Shown one piece after another: positions 49,601 through 61,040 of a DNA stretch of 64,000 nucleotides. The DNA is from Lama guanicoe (Eukaryota), in the NCBI GenBank assembly GCA_013239625.1, contig MU053574.1, forward strand, positions 124,001-188,000, given 5' to 3'. The notes below the pieces were generated by a model that saw only the letters and a program-made list of their open reading frames with translations, was not told the origin of the DNA and made no database searches. How positions within the stretch are numbered: position 1 is the first letter of the stretch; the number at the start of each line of letters is the position of its first letter. A program made the position numbers and the translations under genes.

Positions 49601-52600
49601 CGAAAGACAGTTACCTTAAAGTCAGCAGAGGTGATTTTTAAGACAGCTATTTGCAGAGCCACTCCTAGACGCTCATTCATTCATTTGAGGAACTGGAGTA
49701 TGAAGAGCCCGCGGTCAGAGAGACCTCTTAGAATTAAAGCTGTTACTTTGTGTTTCCTGTTAAAAGAGTTTTGCTTCGTGCTCTTTGGATTTGGGGAGAG
49801 GGGGCCGTGGAGGGGGCGCGGTCTTCCTAACTGATAACAACAGCTTGTTTATGGAGCGCTCACTGTGAAAGTGCTTTTAAGTCATCATCTTCTTTAGTCC
49901 TCTTGACAAAGGGGAGAGGCAGCCACTGTTAATACCTCCATTTCTCAGATGAAGAAACTGAGGCCCAGAGAGATTAGGGTAACTTGCCCAAGGTCACACT
50001 TCTAGAATTATCTGAGTCGGGACTGGAACTGAGGTCTGACTGATTCCAAGACATGCTTCTGTCATTTGTACTCACGCCACTCTTTCATTTACCTGTTATT
50101 TGATCAAAGCTGGCTGTCCTTCTTTCTAATTAGGTAATTAGAATTAATCAGTTGGCTCAGGTTTGTTCATAAGTGCCTCTGCATGTGTGTATGCGTGCCT
50201 TTGTCTACTTTTGAAGAAGGGCGCACTTGCTTATAAACCTTAGCTTTAGTCTGGGATGGCAGTGTTGTGCCTGTAAACATGTTAGTCTAAATTAGGCTGG
50301 AAAGTATTTGATGTTTTCATAAAACTGATGCGTTTACTGCAGAAAGAAGTCCTGCTAAAATCCTTGCTAGATTTTTTTTTATAGAAAGCGTAGAAATAGC
50401 ACTTCACTTTACATCCAGTAAGCTGTAAAAATACTAAAATAGAATAATACTCTTCTGAAATAGTTCGATTTATAATTTTGGGATCAACTGGGAGTCATCT
50501 GAATTCAAACATGCTGGCAAAGTGGTGCTGTAAATTTTGGCATTATAAAACTGAGCCTTGTGGGAGCCCTTGATTTACTAAGCAACCACCTGTAATTCTG
50601 AAGTTGAACATTCCTGAGTAAACATGGAATATGCAAATATGAAAACTGATTTAGGTTTGTGTAGGAAAATGCACCTTTACCAGTCATGTATCAGGCAAAT
50701 GAGGCTCCTCAGAAACACTGAAACATTCTTGCTGTTGCCCTGGGGAGCTGCAGAATCTTCCTCTAACCACCTGGTGTAAACTTACGGGGTATTTATAGAA
50801 GATGTAAATGGAAAATATCCTCTTACTAAAGTTAATATCTTATCCAAAACACTGTTACGTCACGTGCCTGGAAGGTCGAATGATGTAAGCTTTCTTTGCT
50901 TCATGCATTTCCTGGTGTCATAAAGACTTTGGTATGTTCCTAAATTCCTAGTTAGACAGATTGCTAGGTGGCTACAAGCATTCTTACTCGTTTTCTTTAA
51001 ATTGGAGTGTCTCAAATCCTGTGACTCAGTTATACTCTTCCTTGCTGGGTTAAGAGCAAAGATACCCCATGCTACTGCCGTTGGAGTGTAAAACGATGCC
51101 TTCTGTGGGTGCCTGTTTTCATTTGTGAGGTGAAACTGAACAGTCTTGCTAGGACAAATCAAATATTTACCTGTCTACGTGATGTTTACAGAATAGTGAA
51201 ATTGTCAGAAAATGAGAGATCTTTAATGATAGCTTTCATTAGAACCTTCACACACAGATGTCTGACCCCATAGTGGGTAGACCAACATAATCTGTCTTAG
51301 AGGACAACCTGGGTATATATTTTGGAAGAAGTCATAGGTGATGCTGATGTGCAGCAGTAGTTCAGGACCAGTGACTTAAAGTATCAAACTGGCCATTTTA
51401 ATTTTAATTTATAACTTATTACAGAGGCATTTCTTAAAATAGCTTCTAATCTCTGGTGTATGTAGCGGTGGGTAAGTTTTGAGCTCTGAATTACAGGTGA
51501 TTTAATCTTATAGATCTGTTTTCTTTCAAAGTTTGTTAGGGTGTAGATATGTTCTTTCTGGGTTCTAGGGCCATGGTGGACTAAAATTAACTTTTCCTGG
51601 AATTAACTGGATATTCTTGGATGCGTATGAGCCAAATACAGCAATACGTCAACCATTTCAAGGTTTTCTAAAAGTCAAATAGCTTTTGACTTCTAACAAG
51701 TCACTTAAGTTGTCTGAGCTTCTGTTTCTTCATTTGTGAAATAAGAGAGTTGATTGTATATGAGTGTTTCAGTCTACATTTCTGTGATTTCAGGTCCTCC
51801 TGGGACTTCAGTTAAACATTCCAAGTTGGTTGAATCAAAGTGTTGATGGCTTTATGATAACTAAGCAAGTGGGTGACTTTTAGCCTGACCTGTTGAGTGA
51901 TGCTTTTTTATCCTTTCCTTTATATCACATTTTAAAAAAGGTATTCCCTATAAGTTCCTTATATTGTAAATGTCTCTTTGAGAAATTAGTTTTATTTGTA
52001 TTAGTTTTGTTAGTCATTTAAGTAGCTGCAGGCATGAGAGAAAAGTAATACTCAATAGCATTTAAAGCTCTAGCTCTGTTTTAAAAATACGTATATATTT
52101 ATGATTAGCACATACTCAGACACTAAATTTTTTCCTTCAGCATTTAACATAATTTAGTTTACATGAAATGCTATTTTTTCCCTTGGTCTGAAAGACCATT
52201 TAAATTGGTCTAAAATTACCGTCAGCAATTTTGGATTATTCTTTTTCTGATTTACTTTTAAGCCTATAGTTACCAGAAATTAGTAACTTAATGTTTGGTG
52301 TCTATTTTGGGGAGAGGGGAGAATTTAAAAATATATATATGTATGTATAAAGCATATATAACTCCAGGACTTTGCTAATTTCATCGTCCTTTCCCTTGGG
52401 CAGTACTAACTTTTGTCCTATACAGGGAAGTAGCAAAAGGTAACAAAACACTTTTTAAGGTTGAATGAATTCAGATTGTCATCTAATGAGTAAAGTGCCT
52501 TAAAAACCTAGCTTTGATACAAAACAAGTAGTTACTGGCCTAGGATTCACAGGTCATTTTCTAAAATAAAGATAATGGCAGGAGAGGCCATGAATTATTT

Positions 52601-52774
52601 GAGTAACAAGGGACAGTTTTACCCTTCTGTCGGTGATGGAAGACACAGTGGTGGTGGGGGGTAAGGAAGAACAGGTGTAGTGACCTTAATGCCTGCAATC
52701 ATTCAGACCTGTGCTGCTTTGAGTAGTTGACAGAGCACAAGAGCACAGCAACAAACATGAAGTGTATCCATTTT

Positions 52775-52834
52775 AAGTGATAGAGTAACTTTATCAATGT
52801 TACAAAGTGATAGAGTAACTTTATCAATGTTGCA
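52775..52834. repeat. 30-bp tandem duplication
   Basis: AAGTGATAGAGTAACTTTATCAATGTT(A/G)CA x2. Confidence 0.95.
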
Positions 52835-53357
52835 AATGTAAGTTATTAAATGTAGACTTCTAAGCCTTAGGTACCCAGCAATACATTTTGTTTAAGAGTA
52901 ATATTGTTACAATAAAGTTTACATTTATTGACACAGTGCCAAACAGTGCTAAATATTTTACATGCATAATCCTGTTAGCTCTTCCAACAGCCTTAAGGGG
53001 CAGGACAGGGAGATGAGGAAATTGAGAGTTCAGATCACTTATTCAGTGGCTGAGCTGGGATTTGAACCCTGTTGGTTGACTCCAGAGTCCAAACATTTCA
53101 TCTTTAACTTTGATAAATTGCTTGAACTGCTGATCTCATAAACTAACTCATAGGTCAGTGATTCTCAAGTTTGGGGGGGTCATCCCCCTCTGAGAATCTG
53201 TGGGAAGCTGTGGACCAAATATCCTTTCCTGTCCCACCACCACCAACAAAATTCATACAGATGTGAAATTTTGGATATGGCTTTACAAACTTTATGGACC
53301 CAGCCTGAAGCCCAACTGATCATTCTGATAGATTATTGGTCTTAAAAATGGACTTGG

Positions 53358-53449
53358 GTGGGGGGTGAGGGGTATAGCTCAATGGTAGAGCACATGTTTG
53401 GCATACATGAGGTCCTGGGTTCAATCCCCAATGCCTCCATTAAGGGGGA
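53358..53449 (+). mobile_element. tRNA-derived SINE (camelid-type) with TSD
   Basis: ggtatagctcaatggtagagcacatg...gtcctgggttcaatcccc, flanked by AAAAATGGACTTGG on both sides. Confidence 0.9.
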
Positions 53450-53824
53450 AAAAATGGACTTGGCTTAAAAAAACCCAGCAGATAGGAAAGGGCCCCGTCT
53501 TTTAAGGATGGACTGTGTACTGTTCGTATTATAGATCATTTTGTTAAGCTTTTACATTGAAAGGCTCTTTACACTCACTGGGAATTCAGCCTTAAGTGCC
53601 ACATTAAAAAAATTGTAAGTGGAGAACTCAGGTGTGTAACTTGCTAAATGCTAGCCAGGTTTGGTATTTAGTCTGTGTGTACCTTTAGTACCTGGCAGAA
53701 TTCCGTGTAGGTTTTTTCCCAAGATTTATACACTATCTGTTTTTTTCTTCTGAACCTCAAAGCATATATAAAGTATATATTAAGTATATATTTTTGATGT
53801 TTCTTGCCTTCATGCTTCTTCCTA

Positions 53825-53990
53825 GACCAGTGGTCCTCAACCGTTAGTGGGCATCAGAATCTCCTAGAGACCCCACTCCCAAAGGTTCTGATTCAGACGT
53901 CTTGGACCAAGGCTCAAGGCCCAGGAAACTGCGTTTCTAACAAACCCACCAGTGATGGTGATGTTGCTGAGCTGAGAACCACGTTTGTCA
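53825..53990. mobile_element. MER5A-like hAT-Charlie remnant
   Basis: cagtggtcctcaac...catcagaatc...gtttctaacaa...gagaaccac. Confidence 0.65.
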
Positions 53991-56900
53991 GGTCTAGACT
54001 GTCCAACCCTGCACCTTTATCTCCTAGGGTATTTCTGTTTTAGTCCTATGAATTTGAAACCTAAGGAAATCTTACAGTTTGCTCAGATTTCTTCTAAGGG
54101 AAGCTCTGTTTTTGAAACATAGAGGATGTTTGGTTTATTTTCTGGGTAAATAATTTTGTTCATGCTAATAGAAGGTCAAGACATAAGAAACATTATCTGT
54201 AGAAGAGAGAACACATTACCGAAGTCAAGCTCTGTCCCTGCAGGCGAGTTACTAGAGGGCTCACCTCTGAGTAGGGTCTGTGCTTTGTCCTTCAGGGTCC
54301 CTCATGGCAAAAGTTCTGAATGAAGAATCTGCCGCTCTTCTGCCCCTGTTTATATGACCTTGAGAGGGACCACGACTGCTGAGACCCTTTAAATCACGGA
54401 TGACTACATGTTTTGGCAAGTTTTATTTCACACACCAAGTAGTGTTCCTCACCCCTTTCTCTGCTTCTGTGCATCCGCAGAAAGAGTGGATTGCAGCTCG
54501 TGCCTTGCCTTTTTTGGGTGCAGTTAGGCTGAAAGTAACTTTGTTCACTTCATAGAATGTTACTCTAAGAAATCACCTGAGCATTGCTGAGCCAGAGCCT
54601 AACATAGTTGTGTAACGGTGTATCATTGAGACATGATTGTTGTTATCTGTGTCAGTAACGTAACAGTGTAATGTTTCTCCTCTCCCTGTGCTGTGCTGGA
54701 TAGTGAAACAGTCCGTCTATGCCTGAACCTGTATCTGAATTGTCTGCACTTTTTTAGATAAAAACCTCAGTATAGAAAACAAGTTACAGTGAAGAGACAT
54801 CTGCCTTCATTTACACCTGTAGTGTGTTTACATCACTGTACAGCATTATGTCAGGTGACGTATGCAGCTGTGACGTATATGCAGCTACGTGTTTTATGTG
54901 GTTTGTAGTTCGGAGGGGTCCTAGGAGGGAGAAGGTCACGTGCAGCACTGGTTTTCCTAACTGGTATTTTCAGATGAAATACTTTCTTAAAGGCATTTTA
55001 GGTACCTGCCACTGGTATTTCATAAAGGTGTACATAGCCCTTAGCTCTCTCACCGCTCGTGGTGCATCCTGCCTGGGGCGGAGGTGTGTGCAGACGGGAA
55101 CAGGTCCTGCTAATGACGTCTCTGCCTGGCTGTTAAGCTGGAGTTCGCGTGTAACCAGGGTGTGCAGGTCATCTCTCTGTCTAAATGAGATGAAGGTGAA
55201 CTGTGAGAACACGATGACCTATACTCCTTCTGTTTAATCTCAAAACACAGAAGCTCTCATCTTCTAACTCAAACCTACCCTGTATTTTTATTCAAAAAGG
55301 CTGACTGTAGAAGTGCAGTTGCAGTTGGCTTTGAGGTGAGCACACAACTTTGGGTCAGATACCAGAGGAATAATCTAGATCTGAGGGCAAGTTTCTCTTT
55401 TAGTTTGACTTTTGAAGGCAGGAACGTGGATTGGCCCCGTTGTGCTCTGACAGGTGTTTCCGTCCATACCCGTAAGGGGTGCACATTTTTGAGGAGGGTC
55501 CTCTCCATTCCTCACTTCTGATCAGGAGGTCCACAGGTCACAGCTTTTACGTAACAGGACCTCCATAGGGCAGGATTTAAATAGAAATGAATAAGTAAAC
55601 AAACACTTAAAATATAAATAATGGCAGGCAGCCTTTGACTTGCCGGCATTGAACTGATGCCGATTTATTACCATTACCATTTTTTAGTGGAATGATAAAG
55701 AAGTTAAGAAGTCGTGATGTTGAGTGTTGGACAAAAGACACTTGAATCTCCCATGCCAGTGCCTTTATTCAGGATGGTGATCTTGGCCGGACGGGCTACA
55801 CGCGCTCCTCTTGTGTGCGTCCTAACCTTACCCTTGCCTTAGATACTCCTTTTCAGCTGAAAGATCCAACAGATTAATTGCAAGAGGAAGTCTGTGTGAC
55901 TCACTGGACTAACAGCTGATTTTAAGATTCCGAAGACTGGAGGCTCCAGTGTTTTAATTCCAGCTCTTTGGGTTGAATGGCGGTGACTGGGCAAGCTCTC
56001 CCTGTCTGGATGGCTCGGCTGGCCCTTCTGAAAGGCCAGCCTGCCTCCCAGCACCGCACACACACTTGCAGTGTGCCACTGGGGATCCCTGGTGTTAATG
56101 CCTAGAATGTGTTCCACAAGGAAATGTAATTACCCTGTCATCTGGAGCAGGAGACGGCAGTTGTTCGAGTTGCTCAATACTCCAGTTTGACTTTGACCAT
56201 GACGTGTGTTGAGGGCTTGCTTTCACGCCCTTCCGTGAGCAGTGTAATTAGGCATATCTAGTGGATGAGGGTCAGCTTCCATACTCTGTATCAGCCCTGG
56301 AATGGCCAGCAAAGAAGCTGATGAAGTCTTCGTTAAACTGAACAGGGTGTATTTGCCCCTTGTGTGCCCATGCTGAAACAGGCCCTGGGTGTGCACTGTG
56401 GACCAGACAGGTGGTCCCTGTCTCCATGGAGTTTACAATCTAATGATCAGACCATACTTAAATGTAGTCTGAAGGGCCTGCATTTTAAAAGCAAACTTGA
56501 ATGTATTTATATATACTCACATTTAACATGGATTTTTAATACGAGATAATTTAGGCAGAATTATTATAGGGTAAAAGGGGGAAGAAAACAGAGAAATGAT
56601 GCTGTTCTCAAGTTATTTTATACTTGTCGTGTAGAAGGATTAGATTAAGATCTGTTTTGAAGGCAGAATTCAACTTTGTATATTTATTTAAGAAATTTTT
56701 TAACTCCTAATCATTCAGTCAGCAAGTACCAGACAGTGTGGCAGCTGCAAGAGATACGGTGCTGCAGAAGCCACCGTCTTTCACTGGCTCCAACTTCTAT
56801 TCTGGTGAGGGAGACACGTTCAGTAACTGATTACGCTTACTTAATTGGGTCATGGTAAGCGATGCAGAGAAATAGAGGTTGCTCAGAGTACGAGGCAGCC

Positions 56901-57709
56901 TGGGCAGAGTGGAGGGAAGTGAAGGCTTCTCTGATGAAGTGAATGTTTGAGCCAAGATTTTAAGGGTGAAGACTTACCTTGGGAGGGGGCAGAGGTCACG
57001 TCTCTGAGGCACAGGGACACAGTGTACATGGTCCCGAAGTGGGGGGGGCGCATGTGGCTTGGCTGCGAGATGGAGAGGCTAGTGGGGGAGCATTGTAAGG
57101 GGGGGGCGCCCGGCGGGTATGAGGCGAGGCAGGCCCGCTGAGCGCTTTCCACCTGACACCCTTCTTACGCTGGGGGCTGCCTCGCAGGGGCTCCTTGAGT
57201 GATGACTCTGTGCCAGGGGCCAGAGGGTGCTCGTCTCCTGCAGTTCTCACATGGCCTTGTGAGGTGGATGCCCAGATTCTACTCAGCTTATAGATGCGGT
57301 AACTTAAGGTTAGACGTTGGAGACTTAAGATAAATAATTAAGTTACAGACAAAGGTGGGAGAGCTTGGACTTCAACTCGCAACTCTTTAATTCTAGAGCC
57401 TGTCCTGCACATTCGTTACTGCCCGTTCATTTATAGCTCTAATAAAGACAGTTAACAAAAGGCACAGATTACAAGTTCAGCACAATGTAAAGAATTTCCA
57501 GCAACCAGCTGTTCAGAAATGTAGACAGGGAGAGGCACGTGCACCCAGTGATTGCAAGTGTTCGTTCCAGTGGAGACCAGATGGCCACCTGTCAGGGATG
57601 GAGCAGGACGGAGGCTGAAGCAGATGAACCCTGAACTCCCTCCGATTGCCTCCGGGATTTCACTTCATTATAAGGTGGTTATTTACATATATGTGTTTTT
57701 CCTCTTCAG

Positions 57710-57772
57710 TGACCATGAAAGACACCAGGTTGACAGCACTGGAAACTGAAGTACCAGTTGTCCCCAGAACAG
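57710..57772 (+). other. TSC1: TSC1 non-coding exon 2 (63 nt)
   Basis: TTTTTCCTCTTCAG|TGACCATGAAAGACACCAGGTTGACAGCACTGGAAACTGAAGTACCAGTTGTCCCCAGAACAG|GTAAGG matches the recalled human TSC1 5'UTR. Confidence 0.92.
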
Positions 57773-60429
57773 GTAAGGCATGGACTCAGTCCAATGGTTA
57801 GGGGGTGGCGGAAGAGAACTGTTTATCTTGCTGTGGTGGTGCTGGTGTAGACACGTTTCTTTGCATTTAGGACTTTACGTGTATGGTTGTAGCCACTTGC
57901 CAGGAGCTGGACCTTCTGTGGCCTGAAGTAATGAGTTAAGTTACCGGAGTTTGTAGACTGCTTGTTCAGCGCCAGGCACTGTGTCAGGCTCGCTCTTTGG
58001 TTGTTTATTTTCTACTTGTCCACACTTCCAGTGTTTCTCCATTTTACAGATGAGGCATTGGGCTCTGAGGTGTCTTGTCCTTTCCCTGAGGCTGTGCAGC
58101 TAGTACTCGGTGGGCCTGTGACTCAAGTCAGTTCTGACTAGCAGCGAAGTCTGGTTCTAACCACTACATAAAACCGAAGCCTGTGTGTTTGAGCAAGTCT
58201 TTTAACTAACACAGAGGTTCTCAACTCTGACTGTGCCTTAAAATCCACATGGTCTGTAAGAACAAATCAAATATACTGTCTGGACCCCACCCCTTAACCT
58301 GCTCTGGAGTGAGGCTTGAGCTGCAGGATTTTGTAGACTCTCCAGGTGTTTCCAGCGTACATTCGTGGGCTGAGAACCCCTGAGCTAATGAGTTAGCATT
58401 ACATCTTAACATGGCTTTATTTATTAATTGTCTTAATTTGGGGGGTGATGAGTTGTATGTGTGGTTTCCAGGAACTGGGGATTCTCAAAGTCCTAGAATA
58501 TATCCTTCCTAAATGTTGAGGCTCTGGCATTCCTGTGCACATGAATGTGGTCTCAGTGGCCTGCTGATCACTGAGCTCTGCTTTTGTGTTTACTGGCAGG
58601 AGTGTGCAGTGCAGCCGTGTTCTGTGTCTGGAGGAAGGAAGGGTGTAGGGAAGGCAGGGAAGGCGCTTGGTCTGCTGAGTTTAGACACGGATGGCTGATG
58701 GGATTCATTTACCACCTCGCTGGCTGCCGTTTGCCGTATTCCATCAGCCTCACCTCACAGGAATTGTGAAGTAAGGTGGGGGTTCTGCCTTAAAGATTGG
58801 TGTCTGTTCACAGACTGGGACTTAATGCAGATCATACACCGTCTAGCAGGAAGGTGAAAGTACCGTTCTCGCACGAGTAGGGAAAAGCTTGCTAAGTTTG
58901 GCTTTTCATTTTCAAATGTTTGATGTGTACCTCACCCTGTCTGTTGTCAGATGTCCACTGAACATGAATTTGAACCCAGGGTCAGAGGGTCATGTTCACG
59001 TCATTGAGGCCCAAGCTGAGCATCACACATCATAAATCTCAGGTTTTATTCAGCATTTTTCAGTATTGGCATTGTATTACGTTTCAGTTGCCAGATTGTT
59101 AAAGTGTGAAATTTTAATGTAGGAAAAATACGTTGTCAGCTCTGTCAGCTGCTAGATTGCTGCTGCGTTTATGTGTGTATGACACCAAATAGACATTCAC
59201 CTTCAGCCTCCACGTTTAGTCCCAGAACTGACCATTTTGGACAAAGCAGAATGTAATTCAGGGGAGTTTCTTGTTCATTGTTTTCTAGAGGGAACCTGTA
59301 CCCGGGATTCATAGCTCGGGCAAGCCTCAGGGATCCTTCATCTTCAGCCACTAAAAATTACTGGCAGCCTGCAGCAATCATTTTGACAAGCTTTTTGTTT
59401 TAATTTTTAGCCTCCATAGACACAAAACTACGAGGAATTGTCCTCCTAAGATATTTTTGTAGATCTGTTTTGAAATCTGATTAGTAAGTACAAAATGTGT
59501 TTATTTAATTTTTTTTTCTTAATATTGTTTTCTTCATACTCTTTGTATTTTTTATGTTTGGCTTGAAGATGATTTATCATGGATATCGGTGACTGATTTT
59601 GGATTTTTTTCATGTCATAAAATTGAGGTAACAGGTTGACATTTTATTTTTAATTCACCCTCACAAGATGTGAAGTGTTCTGAAATAAAGACTACAAACA
59701 GAACTACAAATTAAATGCAGCTCTTAAAGATTATTTTGTTTTGAATAAATGCTACAAAACAATTATATAAAAGAATTAAAATATAATTTAATTTCTATTA
59801 TTTAGCCATGTGTTATTAAATTTTTTATAAATATTTGGCTTAAAGAACACTGTTATTTGTAAAACTATTCAGTGAGTCTACCTTCTTACTATTTATATTA
59901 TTAGTTAATATATTTAACTATTTGGTGTTGTTAATTGTTTTTGAACATAAAAATTACATCATTAATGAAGCTTTTATTTTTATAATAATTGTATAATAAT
60001 AAGTACTACAGTGACAGAATTTCAGCTTACAAAACAAAACTTGGCTGTTACATCTAGAATGTTTTACCTTTATTTGAAAGTGAATATTCAGATATTGGCA
60101 GTAGTTGCAAATGCATGCCTTGTGCACATTAGTGACATCATCTGGATTGGGTATGATGATAACAACATTAACATACAGTTGTCAACATATAGTTGTTGGT
60201 CACACACACACTGTCAGGGATGCCAGAAATGCTACTGAAGTGGGCCATTGATGGTTCAACTTTCTGTCCTTCCGAAGACCAGATTTTGGCCAAGTATGGA
60301 GACTAAAATCGAACTTTGCTAAATCTCTATTTTCCATGCTTGTTGAGATGGTACTAACTGTTGTGTTTGAGAAAAGTCTGGTTAAAGTGCAGAGTTTAAG
60401 CTTGGCTTATTCAAAGTTTGTGACTGACA

Positions 60430-61040
60430 ACTCCCTGTTGCTTTAGATCGAGCGGTCAGGGGAGGCCTCTCAGAGGTGGTGACATTCTGAGCGGAGACTT
60501 GAAGCCAGCAGCCCCACAGGGATCTGGGAGAAGAGCGTTCCAAGGACAGAGGGAGCCGCAAGTGCGGAGGCCGTAGCAAGAACCCGCTTCCCTGGGTTTT
60601 AGGAGGTGGGGACTAGAGCTGAGAAATAAAAGGGCAGAGTGGTGTGAAATGAAGGCTGAGGAGTGGGGAGTTCACAGCTGGCCACATCTGTGGAGCCTTT
60701 TAGGCCACTTGGGAGTTTGGGTCTTACTAGCTCCATGGGAAGCCATTGGCTGCTTTTAAACGAGAGTAGTAGATTCTGGTTTCTGTATTTCAGAGTCTTT
60801 TGTGGTTGTTTGGTGGCAGATAATTTGTAGCGGAGGGTGGTGAGGGGACTGCTGCTCCCTTGTATCCCAAGGGGAGATGATGGGGACTTGAAACAGAGTG
60901 GATCAGTGAGTGGGCTTTCTGACGGATTAGAGGTGAGGGTCGAAGATGTCACCTCGATGTTTGCTTCAGACTGACAGTCGTGGGGTCCGGAAGACTGACA
61001 GAGTGGCAGGTTTTGGGGCGGGGAGTGGGTGTTGAAAGTC
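60430..61040. mobile_element. L2 LINE remnant
   Basis: ggtcaggggaggcctctcagaggtggtgacattctgagcggagacttgaag...gggaagccattggctgctttt. Confidence 0.7.

Noticed and set aside
48755..49619. 265-aa and 175-aa ORFs at the TSC1 promoter
   Set aside because: CpG-island artefacts; the TSC1 coding start is not in the window.
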